Numbered from the stretch's first letter, positions 1 to 8,999 are shown. The stretch is DNA of 59,083 nt from an uncultured Clostridia bacterium (GCA_947601445.1 CANQGD010000005.1:1-59083); one strand, 5' to 3'. Translations and numbers: made by a program. Notes: generated from the sequence alone by a model not told the origin.

Positions 1-165
1 GTCGCCGATCGCGCCCGATTGTGCGCTCGGCGCTTCGCCTGTGGCGTCAGTGCCGCCCGCAAAGGTTGCCGTCGCTTTCTCGTTGCATGCCGCAAGCGCA
101 ACGCTTGCTACCATTGCTAACACAAGTACAAGACAAAGCAACCATCGTGTCGTTTTGTGTGTCAT
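1..165 (-). CDS. Surface lipoprotein, N-terminal part (continues past the left edge); probably an InlB B-repeat/Flg_new-type protein
   Basis: Not in the ORF track. Manual translation from ATG 165 gives MTHKTTRWLLCLVLVLAMVASVALAAC-NEKATATFAGGTDATGEAPSAQSGAIGD..., with lipobox LAAC. An SD (GGAGGA) lies upstream and the frame is open to position 1. The segment resembles 'AAGETGAVSALFGD' in the upstream gene. Confidence 0.8.
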   Translation of the reverse strand, partial: MTHKTTRWLLCLVLVLAMVASVALAACNEKATATFAGGTDATGEAPSAQSGAIGD

Positions 166-227
166 AGGTTTTGTCCTCCATAAAAGATTTTTCATTAAAT
201 TTATCACCACGGAAAAATATGATAAAA

Positions 228-3200
228 TCAGTTTTTCCCGTAAGTAAACGATTTGTTTGCAAGGTCGAAAGTCAGAGTGTATTCACCGTTAAATTCGCTC
301 GGGGTTCCGTCGGCGTTGAGCTTGTTGACCGTTACAACATAAGTGTTGCCTTGGACAGACTGTATCTCTGCGGCAAACTCCTGCACGGAGTTGGACGTTG
401 CGAACAACAAATGAATAGAGTTGAACGTGCCGTCCGCCATAACAGTCACAACGGCTTTTGTGCCGTCGTCGTTGCTGTAAACGACGGTTTGAGAATTGAG
501 CGAACTTTCGTAAGTGAATGTGTGGGCATCGGTATCGAGATAAACCACGACTTTGTAGGTTAGATTGAGATGATACACGCTGAATTGATATACATTGTCG
601 AGGTTTGGATCAACCTTTGTAAGATACCAACCCCATGTTTCGGTTTGTTTTTCCAAACCGTTGCCGTCAACATTTTTGAGAACGCCGTTGGCGGTTACGT
701 AATTTCCGTCCCTGACAGTGAGCGTACTGCCGTCCGACGCAGTGTAGGTGGTTACGACCTCGATTTTCTGCTTGGTGTAGGTAAAGGTTCCGTCAAGCGC
801 CAACGTGACTGTGTAAACGTAACCGTTGTAAGTGAAACGGGTACGATAATTGGAGTAATCGAAAAGAATTTCGTCGCCGCAATAGTAGCCTTGTTCACTG
901 CCGAAAGTGATTTGCAGCGTTTCGTCGCCGTTGGTGTAGGTATACGTTACGCCTTGCTTTACAAAAACATACCTGTCGTCGTTGCCGAACTCGGAGAAAT
1001 CCGCGCCGATCAACTCATCGCCGTTTCGCGTTAGAATATTTTCCTCAACGACAAATTCCTGAGTGAGCTCGGAATGATCGAACCAGGAGATATAAATTGT
1101 ATCTCCGACCGTTTTGTACAAACCGAAATAAGTTTCGTTGAACATAACGCGATCGCCCATTTCCAAAACTTCCGCGGCGCCCGTAAGGCTGTACCAATAC
1201 GTCGTTTGAGCGGCTTTTACGCGTAGGGCGGTGGCATAACGCGCCCAATTGTTGCCTTGGGCAAATGCAACGCCCGTTTCGTAGCTATCGACATAGACGC
1301 GAAGCTGCAAAACACCGTCAAACGGCATACCTACAAGCGTCGGGGGAACGGTTCCCGTAAAGGTGACAATAAAGTCCAACGGAGTTACTTGCTCGCCCGT
1401 TTCGTCTTGGATACGTCCACATTCGTAAAACGCGCGATTGGCGATAGTTTGCACTTCGCCGAGGGTGACGCGTGTGAGTGAGTAGTTGCGGGCAAAAGCA
1501 AGACTGCCTATACTTGAAACGTTGCCCAAAGATATTTCGGTAAGGGCGCACCCCGAAAAGGCGCTTTCGCCGATAGATTGCACATTGTTGAAAATTACCG
1601 TGCGCAATCCCGAACAACCGAGAAACGCTTCGTTGCCGATGACGGTAACGCCGTTGAGATTTACGGAAACGATGTAATCACGATTGGCGAAAACATTGTC
1701 GGCGATTGCCGTGACGCCGTCGGGTATGACGACGGATACGTTTGACGGGTTGCTCTGCTTGTTGTTGTATCCGACAAGCACGCCGTTTTCCACTTCGAAT
1801 TCGGGTTTGATGGACTGCTCGGCATTGCTTGTGACAAATTTTGCATATCCGTCGGGTTGGCTGGGCGTTGCGGAAGCAAACGCTTTGCGGTAAATTTCTT
1901 CGTTGCCGTCGGGGACAAATATCTTGAAGTTGCCCTTGATCCAACGAAATACGTCCTGCCCCAATTCGGGCGGAGTTTGAGATTTGAAAATCGCCGTGTT
2001 GAGTACGGAAGCACCGTCGGCGCTGCTATCCTCAAAGGCGTGGTCGCCTATTTTGCGGAGAGTGGACGGGAACGTTACGGAAACAATATGCTTGTCCTTG
2101 AATACGTCGGACGCTATTTCCGTTACGCCCTCGGGAATTTCGATGACGACGCTTGTGCCGACGTAATCGGTAAGCACGCCCTTTTCGTCTATCACAAAAC
2201 CGCTTTCCAACAGGCTGAACGTGTGTTGATTGAGATTGACGCGCAATGCCAATTCGCTTTCATCGTCGATAAAGGCGATGACAATCGTACACTCGGTTTC
2301 GCTTTCTACGGATACAGTGTAAAATCCCGTGCGCTCGTTTTGAGTACTGCCGTCGGCAGAGTACCAAGCGCCGCCGTAACCGTCCAAATACAGAGTAGAC
2401 GGAGTGTAACCGTCCGCATGAACATAATTGCCTTGCTCATTGTGACGGATCATGAAAATCCCCATACCGGGGTATTGCTCGCCGAGCTCGCTCAAAATAA
2501 AGTAGAAACTTTCTCCCTCTTTGGATAAAAATACCATTTCGGGGTCGGAGTCATCGGCGTAATTCGCAAAATAGTAGATACCTTCGGCGACAAGCTCGTT
2601 TTCTTCTCTTTCCGTTTCGGGATCGATATAGCCGTGATACAACTTGGCATTGCCGTAACCGTCCGGTTGGAACATATAGTCCGCTACAATTTGTCGGTTG
2701 TAATAATACACATACGTATAATAGCCTTCCGTGCCGCGCTCCATAAAGTAGCCGTCGGCAAAAAGACCTTCGCCCAAATCGACGGATTCCTTTACCAATG
2801 CAAAGTACATTTCCACTTGTTCGCCCGTGGAGGGAAATACTCCGCCGAGATAGTAGTCGCCGCTTTCGTTGTTGAGCTTGTATGAGCAATAATAGTTTTT
2901 GGTGCGCAAAGTGCCTTCTTCGGGCAAAGCCAATACGCCCGTGCCGTAACCGTCCAACGTGAGCATAATGTTGGGTATCACATTTCCGTATTCGGTGCCG
3001 TTGTAATAGAGCGGATCGAGGAAAAGATATACGCCGAATTCTTCCGAACGGTATACAAACTTGTTTTGAGAGTCGTCGTCTTGATAAAGCCGTCCGAAAA
3101 CGTAGGTTTCGTCGTCAAGCAACACTTCGAACTCGACAATATCCCCTGCCCCGTCGGCAGTTTGGGTTACGTTGAGCCAACCTTCATACTCCTTGCCGTC

Positions 3201-4487
3201 CCGAACAAGCACCGCCGCTCCAAGACCTTGTACGTTGTTGCGTACGCGTACCGTATCGCCGCTGCCGGCGTCGTCTGTGAACACTTGCACGAGGACGGGA
3301 TACAGCGTGACGTCGGAATAAAGCGTCAACTTTGAACCGAACGGATAATCCCTGCCGTCGCCTGTTTCGGAAGTACAGTAGGAGACGATCTGATTTTGAG
3401 GGTCGTCGTTAGTTGGGGTACGTACCGTAATTTCTGTGCCCCACTTTGCCGTTTGCACAAAACCGTCGTCGGTATAAGTGACGGTAAAGGTGCGCAACTC
3501 AAAATAACTTGTCAGAACAACGCCCGTTTCCGATACGGCGGATTCGACAAGACAGCCCTCATGATCGGGATCGAGCGCAAACTTGCTTTCGTCGGGATTG
3601 CGACTGCTTGCCGTGCTGCCCACAACTGCGAAAAATTCTATATCGTCGCCCTGAACAAATTCGCTTGCGTCGTCGGTTTCCAACCAAACTTTTTGCGTTA
3701 CTTTGGCTTGCCATACGGCATAAAGAGTAACGTCGGAAGTGACGATAATCTCATCGCCTGCGTTGTAGGAGGTGCCGCCGTTGTCCGCAGACGTGTTGTA
3801 ACATACAAACGTTGCCGTTTGAGATACAAAACCGTTTTCGGGCAAGGTGACAACATCGCCGAACAGGGCGGAAACAGCGCCCGTTTCGCCCGCGGCGGAA
3901 AGCGCCAGACCTTTGTCGAAAGCGAGCGTAAATTGCGCCCTCTTGTAATACAGTTTGAGAACTACTCCGTTGTCGTTGAGCTGCGCCGATTGCAACGTCC
4001 CCTGTATCGAGGGATCGAAAACGTATCCTTCGATTTGCACGGGCTGAACGGTCACGTCGGTTTTCCACAACGATTTGAACGTCTGAGTTTGCGCTTCGTC
4101 ACGAAGGAACAAACCGTCGGACTGCTCTTTGTAATGCTCCGTTTTGTAGGATACAAGCCAACGCGCATTTACGGTGAAATCACGCGCGGGGGCAAGAGTT
4201 TGCGCCGTTACGACGGCGCCGTCCAGCTCGTAGCCGTCAAACTCGTAAGCGGATATAGGCACTACGATGTCTTTGAGTTCGTTGTAGAACGCCGAACCCG
4301 ATTTCACCTTGAACAAAACGTTTTGCGTTCCTTCCAAACCGAAATCCACAGTGACGGTTACTTCCGTGACGGGGTCATCGGGAGTGTCCGGACCGGGAAC
4401 GTCCGGATTGCAAGCCGTTAACGTCAATGCAACGACAAGAACCGCAAAAAACGCTAATATAATAGTTATTTTAGATAATCTTTTCAT
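228..4487 (-). CDS. Large (1419 aa) surface lipoprotein with InlB B-repeat-like domains, LDGYG-type repeats and BspA-type (LRR_5) leucine-rich repeats
   Basis: Signal peptide II with lipobox LTAC; B-repeat-like ends (DVTLYAVW, DVTLYPVL); TpLRR/LRR_5 repeats (IPEGVTEIASDVF, IPDGVTAIADNVF, VTVIGNEAF, VQSIGESAF, VSSIGSLAF). Confidence 0.85.
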   Translation of the reverse strand: MKRLSKITIILAFFAVLVVALTLTACNPDVPGPDTPDDPVTEVTVTVDFGLEGTQNVLFKVKSGSAFYNELKDIVVPISAYEFDGYELDGAVVTAQTLAPARDFTVNARWLVSYKTEHYKEQSDGLFLRDEAQTQTFKSLWKTDVTVQPVQIEGYVFDPSIQGTLQSAQLNDNGVVLKLYYKRAQFTLAFDKGLALSAAGETGAVSALFGDVVTLPENGFVSQTATFVCYNTSADNGGTSYNAGDEIIVTSDVTLYAVWQAKVTQKVWLETDDASEFVQGDDIEFFAVVGSTASSRNPDESKFALDPDHEGCLVESAVSETGVVLTSYFELRTFTVTYTDDGFVQTAKWGTEITVRTPTNDDPQNQIVSYCTSETGDGRDYPFGSKLTLYSDVTLYPVLVQVFTDDAGSGDTVRVRNNVQGLGAAVLVRDGKEYEGWLNVTQTADGAGDIVEFEVLLDDETYVFGRLYQDDDSQNKFVYRSEEFGVYLFLDPLYYNGTEYGNVIPNIMLTLDGYGTGVLALPEEGTLRTKNYYCSYKLNNESGDYYLGGVFPSTGEQVEMYFALVKESVDLGEGLFADGYFMERGTEGYYTYVYYYNRQIVADYMFQPDGYGNAKLYHGYIDPETEREENELVAEGIYYFANYADDSDPEMVFLSKEGESFYFILSELGEQYPGMGIFMIRHNEQGNYVHADGYTPSTLYLDGYGGAWYSADGSTQNERTGFYTVSVESETECTIVIAFIDDESELALRVNLNQHTFSLLESGFVIDEKGVLTDYVGTSVVIEIPEGVTEIASDVFKDKHIVSVTFPSTLRKIGDHAFEDSSADGASVLNTAIFKSQTPPELGQDVFRWIKGNFKIFVPDGNEEIYRKAFASATPSQPDGYAKFVTSNAEQSIKPEFEVENGVLVGYNNKQSNPSNVSVVIPDGVTAIADNVFANRDYIVSVNLNGVTVIGNEAFLGCSGLRTVIFNNVQSIGESAFSGCALTEISLGNVSSIGSLAFARNYSLTRVTLGEVQTIANRAFYECGRIQDETGEQVTPLDFIVTFTGTVPPTLVGMPFDGVLQLRVYVDSYETGVAFAQGNNWARYATALRVKAAQTTYWYSLTGAAEVLEMGDRVMFNETYFGLYKTVGDTIYISWFDHSELTQEFVVEENILTRNGDELIGADFSEFGNDDRYVFVKQGVTYTYTNGDETLQITFGSEQGYYCGDEILFDYSNYRTRFTYNGYVYTVTLALDGTFTYTKQKIEVVTTYTASDGSTLTVRDGNYVTANGVLKNVDGNGLEKQTETWGWYLTKVDPNLDNVYQFSVYHLNLTYKVVVYLDTDAHTFTYESSLNSQTVVYSNDDGTKAVVTVMADGTFNSIHLLFATSNSVQEFAAEIQSVQGNTYVVTVNKLNADGTPSEFNGEYTLTFDLANKSFTYGKN

Positions 4488-4496
4488 TATTTCACT

Positions 4497-4525
4497 ATTC
4501 TACTACAAATTGATGAATTTGGCTA
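4497..4525 (-). promoter_or_regulatory. Possible proximal sigmaA promoter of the LRR lipoprotein gene (near-leaderless)
   Basis: TAGCCA-17-TAGAAT, 9 nt before the ATG; no clear SD. Confidence 0.35.
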
Positions 4526-4586
4526 TTTTTTGACTGTATGTTGTGACTTTTAGCGAAAAAATTTTAATGAAATTTTCTTTTGTCAC

Positions 4587-4680
4587 AAAAAAACAGGCGC
4601 CGAAACGCCTGTACAACACTTGTTTGTATAGTTTGACCGTCTTTTAGTCAAATAATATTACATTGCAGGCTACTTTCAGT
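4587..4680 (-). ncRNA. Candidate ~95-nt small RNA or attenuator leader
   Basis: Promoter TTGATT-17-TACAAT at 4715-4687; internal hairpin TTTGAC..GTCAAA; terminator CAGGCG-TTTCGG-CGCCTG followed by T7. Confidence 0.35.
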
Positions 4681-4767
4681 GATAATATTGTATATGAAAA
4701 TTGTAAAAAAATCAAATGTTTGTATCAAAAATAATAAATCAATCGGAATTTTCGCATTTAGAACAGC

Positions 4768-4794
4768 AAAAAACGGCGAATGACTTCGCCGTTT
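4768..4794 (-). terminator. Intrinsic terminator of the MBL hydrolase gene
   Basis: AAACGGCGAA/TTCGCCGTTT stem with a T-tract on the minus strand just after the stop codon. Confidence 0.7.
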
Positions 4795-4811
4795 GACCGA
4801 AATGACATTTT

Positions 4812-5459
4812 TCAGTCCTTAAATCGGTTGAGAACTACCACTTTGGTAGGCAATTCGGGAAGGTCGGACAAAATCAACGTGTCGGAGCCGTCGTTCGTTA
4901 TCGAAGCGGGGGCGAACAAAGCAAGAAACTTGTCGACGCCGTCCACATCGAAATTGTGTTCCGACGTTTTGTAGTGCATCGGCACCACTATCTTGGGACG
5001 AACGGCATCCACGTATCGTTTTGCACCCTGCGCGTCCACGGTAAAAGTGCCGCCCACGGGAATCAGAAGCACATCGCAATCGCGTATTTTTTCAACGACG
5101 TTTTCATCGAAACAACCAATGTCTCCCATATGCACCGCTTTTAACCCGTCCAAAGCAAAGGTAAACACCAAATTTTTACCCCGTTCCGCCCCTTTGGCGT
5201 TGTCGTGAAAAGTGGAAATGCTGTCTATGGCAATGTCGTCGGCGGTACAGGTGATTTGCTCGTCCAATACCGCGGGATTGCCCAAGACGCCGTCCATACA
5301 GTCGTGATCGCCGTGATGATGCGAAACGGTGACTACGTCGCACCTGACGGGAGTCATTTCGAAGCCGACCCAATCCGCCTTGTAAGGGTCGGTAACCACC
5401 GTAGTGCCCATATCGCTGATAATTCTGAAACTCGCGTGTCCCAAATACTGTAATTTCAC
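4812..5459 (-). CDS. MBL-fold metallo-hydrolase (Lactamase_B_3/UlaG-like)
   Basis: YLGHASF, SHHHGDHD, HMGD and PMHY motifs; GTG start with GGAGG SD. Confidence 0.85.
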   Translation of the reverse strand: MKLQYLGHASFRIISDMGTTVVTDPYKADWVGFEMTPVRCDVVTVSHHHGDHDCMDGVLGNPAVLDEQITCTADDIAIDSISTFHDNAKGAERGKNLVFTFALDGLKAVHMGDIGCFDENVVEKIRDCDVLLIPVGGTFTVDAQGAKRYVDAVRPKIVVPMHYKTSEHNFDVDGVDKFLALFAPASITNDGSDTLILSDLPELPTKVVVLNRFKD

Positions 5460-5748
5460 TTTGCGCCTCCCAAACGGTTATATTTACATTTTAAGCCAAT
5501 GGGGCTGATTTGTCAACGCGGCAGAGCCGACATATCCGCGCAAATTAGCGTTTTGAAATATTTTTTTTCTGTCGAGCGAACACGTCGGCGCGTTTGACAT
5601 TTTTTTGCCGCTCTTTGCAAAAGCAATTTGAAAAAATTGTAGATTTTTTTTCGTATATCTGCTATAATGATATTGATTGTACGACAGGGAAATTTTTCTC
5701 TGTCTTAAAACGGCACCCATTGCCGTTTTGTGTAGTAACGGAGGTTAT

Positions 5749-6762
5749 ATGAAGGCTTGGATATTGGAAGAACCTCGAAAATTGAAGCTGACAGAATCTG
5801 CACCCACCGAGATTGATGAAAACCATATAAAAGTAAAAATCGAAGAGGTGTTGATAACCAACTCCGACTTTGAAGTGTACACCGGCGCAAGCAAACGAAA
5901 ATATCCCTTTATTATAGGCAGAAACGCTGTGGGCGTGGTTTCGAAAGTGCCGGGGAACAATCCGTTTTTCAACAAAATGGATCGCGTGGCGATCGAACCG
6001 TACATTCCCTGCGAGGCGTGCGACGAGTGTAAAAACGATGAATACGAAAAATGCTCCAACATGCAGGAATTGGGCTACAACTGCAACGGTCTGCTGCAAA
6101 ACTTTATCGATTTGCCCTACTCTCTGCTGCACCGCTTGCCGGAAAAACTCAAAACGGAAAAGGCTCTGTTTGTACCGTATGTCGCTTTTTGCCTGAACGT
6201 TATCGACGCGCTCAATCTCGAAAAGGGACGGCATATTGCGATATTTTCCTCCACAAAAACGGGATTGATACTCGCTCAATTGGTTACATATTATCAAGCG
6301 GTGCCCGTGTTTATCAGCAATCGCGAAGAACTGCTGGATACGGCAAGAGGTTTGGGCATATTTTACAGCTTCAACCCGGAAACGGTAGACGTGGAAAACG
6401 AAATTCTCGCCATAACGGGCGGAAGAATGTGCAACGAATTGGTACTGTTTTCCAATTCCGACTTCAATATGAAAGACGTGTACAACGTGGCGGCGACAAA
6501 TGCGAATATTTGTTTGGCGGGCTACTCCAACAAGGAAAGCAAGCTGTCCGTTGCGCAAATATGCAAAAAACATCTGAATATATTCGGCGTGTACAACGGC
6601 GCGGGGAGTTACTCCTCGGCAATAAATCTGCTGGTGACGGATACCGTGAACGTGGACGCATTGATAGGAAAAACCGTTCCTTTTGACAAATTGGACGAGG
6701 AACTCGCCAAAACGACCGCAGAAGAACTTGTACTGAAATCGAAAATAGTAAAAATCGGCTGA
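5749..6762 (+). CDS. Zinc-binding MDR (sorbitol/threonine dehydrogenase-like) fold protein with a degenerate active site
   Basis: ATG 5749 after GGAGG; retains the structural Zn motif CxxCxxCx7C and the overall MDR layout; catalytic motifs are altered (see findings). Confidence 0.8.
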   Translation: MKAWILEEPRKLKLTESAPTEIDENHIKVKIEEVLITNSDFEVYTGASKRKYPFIIGRNAVGVVSKVPGNNPFFNKMDRVAIEPYIPCEACDECKNDEYEKCSNMQELGYNCNGLLQNFIDLPYSLLHRLPEKLKTEKALFVPYVAFCLNVIDALNLEKGRHIAIFSSTKTGLILAQLVTYYQAVPVFISNREELLDTARGLGIFYSFNPETVDVENEILAITGGRMCNELVLFSNSDFNMKDVYNVAATNANICLAGYSNKESKLSVAQICKKHLNIFGVYNGAGSYSSAINLLVTDTVNVDALIGKTVPFDKLDEELAKTTAEELVLKSKIVKIG

Positions 6763-6774
6763 ACCGATTCGACT

Positions 6775-6803
6775 TCCCCCGAGAGAATGCTCGGGGGATT
6801 TTT
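6775..6803 (+). terminator. Intrinsic terminator
   Basis: TCCCCCGAG/CTCGGGGGA stem plus TTTTT after the MDR stop codon. Confidence 0.8.
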
Positions 6804-6906
6804 ATTGTGCGGATTCGCGACAAGCACCGCGGTTTTATCAATTGCCTTTGTCTCGACGATGCATGAAATCGCCGCATAGACGCGGATTTAAGCCGACGTT
6901 TAATTA

Positions 6907-6935
6907 TTGACATTTACACCGCAGTATTGTAAAAT
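6907..6935 (+). promoter_or_regulatory. Near-consensus sigmaA promoter
   Basis: TTGACA-17-TAAAAT. Confidence 0.75.
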
Positions 6936-6937
6936 AG

Positions 6938-7099
6938 AGTTGCGACACAGTTTAATATTATTCGAAAATGGGTATCTCTTGGGTAGAGCATACCTCATTC
7001 GCAACATATGTCCCTTTTTCGGATAATACTGTAAACTAGTGTCGCAACTACGCGAAGAGGCGCTTTACGGGTGCCGTTTCGCAAGAGCGGCACTTTTTT
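6938..7099 (+). ncRNA. Highly structured ~160-nt RNA or attenuator leader of unknown family
   Basis: Nested stems AGTTGCGACAC/GTGTCGCAACT, AGTTTA/TAAACT, TATTATTCGAAAA/TTTTCGGATAATA (G-U pair) and GGTATCTCT/AGAGCATACC; ends in a GNRA-capped terminator GTGCCGTTTC-GCAA-GAGCGGCAC-T6. Confidence 0.6.
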
Positions 7100-7128
7100 G
7101 TTGTCGAATATTTTCAAGGAGGATAAAT

Positions 7129-7391
7129 ATGAAAAAAACTTGCAAATTTATTTTGATTTCGCTACTTGTTTTGTTGGTTGCAGCTTCGCTTGCAATAACC
7201 GCATGCACGCCAGCGTAACAAGCATCGGCAAGTTTTCTTTCCTGCGTTGCGGCAATTTGGAAAACGTTACGTTTGAAAATCCCGAGGGTTGGAAAACGGG
7301 TAATACAAATCTGACGCTTGACAATCCTCAAAAAAATGCGGAGTATGTACGTGATTCGGCATACTGTAATGCCGTTTGGACGCGTCAATAA
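7129..7391 (+). pseudogene. Internally deleted BspA/LRR_5 lipoprotein remnant
   Basis: SD AAGGAGG and ATG 7129 give MKKTCKFILISLLVLLVAASLAITAC-TPA*, stopping at 7218. Another frame continues ASVTSIGKFSFLRCGNLENVTFENPEGW...AVWTRQ*, which is a last LRR repeat plus C-terminal cap. Confidence 0.7.
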
Positions 7392-7600
7392 TTAAAAATT
7401 ATTTCACGGCAGTAACTATATTCCGAATATATACAACCTGCCTGTTGTCATTTATGGGCAAAAAACGTTTTTGCGGTTGTTCGTTGGCGATTGCAAAGCG
7501 TTTGAACAGCTGCCATTGGAATCGGGAATATAATCGAAGTGTTGCCGATCGGTTTCAGCAATTTGCGACATTTCACGTGAGGACGTCAAAATATATTTAC

Positions 7601-7663
7601 AAAAACAGCCTCGCTGCCTTGCGACATTCGGCAATACCGAAGCGCACGACGCGGGGCTGTTTT
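7601..7663. terminator. Bidirectional terminator-like hairpin
   Basis: AAAACAGCCTCGC...GCGGGGCTGTTTT between convergent units. Confidence 0.55.
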
Positions 7664-7741
7664 CATATTTTGTTGCGATAATCGGCTGCGCGCAATCTGC
7701 AAACGGTTTTTTCTGCGCAATGCTGCACGCGAACGAACAAA

Positions 7742-8299
7742 TTATTTGATTTTTTTGCCGTCGGAAAAGGCGTTTCCCACTTTTTCGCCCAAAACACGAT
7801 AGTCATGAGCGGCGGAATTGTAGGAAATAAAGTTCGCTTTGCCTATATCCAGATTGCCTTTGCCGTCCAACACGCTTTCATCGGCGGTTATGTTTACTAT
7901 ATCCCCGACAATTATACCGTCCTCGTTGACATGGTTGAGGGTACACTCCGCCGCAACGGGAAATTCTTCGATAAGGGGCGCGTTGACATGCTCTGCCTTT
8001 ACCGTGTGTAAATCGGCGCGATTGAGCTTGTCGGGAACATCGTTGCCCGATACGATACCGACGTAGTCGGCTTCCGTCACGTGAGCGGCGTCGGCAAACG
8101 CCACCGTAAACGCTTTGTTGCGCAAGATGTTTTTTGTGGTGACGTGATCGTCGCTGAGACACAGCATAATTTGATTTGTGTCGTAAATACCTCCCCATGC
8201 CGCGTTCATTGCGTCGGGAGAGCCGTCCTCGTTGTAAGTTGCTATGATAAGCACGGGACACGGAAACATCCAAGTTTTTTTACCGAAATTTTTACGCAT
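7742..8299 (-). CDS. Flavin reductase family protein (flavoredoxin-like)
   Basis: PCPVLIIATY, NAAWGG, VGIVSGN and APLIEEFPVAAEC motifs. Confidence 0.85.
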   Translation of the reverse strand: MRKNFGKKTWMFPCPVLIIATYNEDGSPDAMNAAWGGIYDTNQIMLCLSDDHVTTKNILRNKAFTVAFADAAHVTEADYVGIVSGNDVPDKLNRADLHTVKAEHVNAPLIEEFPVAAECTLNHVNEDGIIVGDIVNITADESVLDGKGNLDIGKANFISYNSAAHDYRVLGEKVGNAFSDGKKIK

Positions 8300-8376
8300 A
8301 ATTCACCTCTTTTTTTTTAATTATAGCACCTAAATGCCCGTCGAGCAATATAATTTTTTGTCGAAGCCGCAAAATC

Positions 8377-8405
8377 TTGACAATTGCGTATAAAAACATT
8401 ATACT
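8377..8405 (+). promoter_or_regulatory. sigmaA promoter of the cysteine hydrolase gene
   Basis: TTGACA-17-TATACT. Confidence 0.7.
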
Positions 8406-8434
8406 ATGAAAAAATCAAAACGAGGTGAAACGTA

Positions 8435-8983
8435 ATGAAACAGGCGATACTTGTTGTGGATATGCTGAACGATTTTGTTACCGGTGCGCTGAAATGCGAC
8501 CGCGGACTTGCAATAGTACCGAAAACCGCAAAACTGCTGGACGGCGCGCGCAAAGCAGGCATACCCGTTATTTTTTGCAACGACGCGCACATCAAAGACA
8601 CGGATCACGAATTGAAACTGTGGGGAGAACATGCGATTGCCGGAACCAAAGGCGCCGAAGTGATACCCGAATTGCATTTGTGCGACAAGGACTACGTTGT
8701 GCCCAAACGCCGTTACAGCGGGTTTTTCCACACCGATCTCGATTTGCTGCTCAAAGAGTTGGGAGTAGATACCGTTATTCTGACGGGTTTGCACACGCAT
8801 ATGTGCGTTCGTCACACGGGAGCGGACGCGTATCAACTAGGATACGATCTGATTGTTGCAAAGGACGCCACCGACAGCTTTACGCAAGAAGACTACGACT
8901 ACGGCTTGAAATACTTCGTCGCCACCTACGGCGCGACGATAACGGACGTTGACAGCTTGTTGCGCAGTTGGCACGTCGAATAA
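8435..8983 (+). CDS. Isochorismatase-family cysteine hydrolase (nicotinamidase-like)
   Basis: VVDMLNDF, NDAH, WGEH, KRRYSGF and GLHTHMCV (D-K-C triad). Confidence 0.9.
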   Translation: MKQAILVVDMLNDFVTGALKCDRGLAIVPKTAKLLDGARKAGIPVIFCNDAHIKDTDHELKLWGEHAIAGTKGAEVIPELHLCDKDYVVPKRRYSGFFHTDLDLLLKELGVDTVILTGLHTHMCVRHTGADAYQLGYDLIVAKDATDSFTQEDYDYGLKYFVATYGATITDVDSLLRSWHVE

Positions 8984-8999
8984 CACATACAAAACGATT

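Noticed and set aside
3396-4421. Long antisense ORFs (also 5662-6573 -, 21550-22488 +, 33131-34303 +, 40381-41391 +, 49067-50089 +)
   Set aside because: They are shadows of well-supported genes on the opposite strand, with no recognisable motifs.
6938-7049. Inverted repeat read as a MITE or invertible promoter switch
   Set aside because: The arms are imperfect with G-U-compatible changes, the promoter lies outside the repeat, and I saw no target-site duplication or recombinase; an RNA structure fits better.
7071-7391. 106-aa ORF from the track as an intact gene
   Set aside because: Its start lies inside the terminator hairpin without an SD; the real SD and ATG (7129) are in another frame.
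7400-7600. Possible small gene in the intergenic stretch
   Set aside because: No SD-linked start or recognisable motif.
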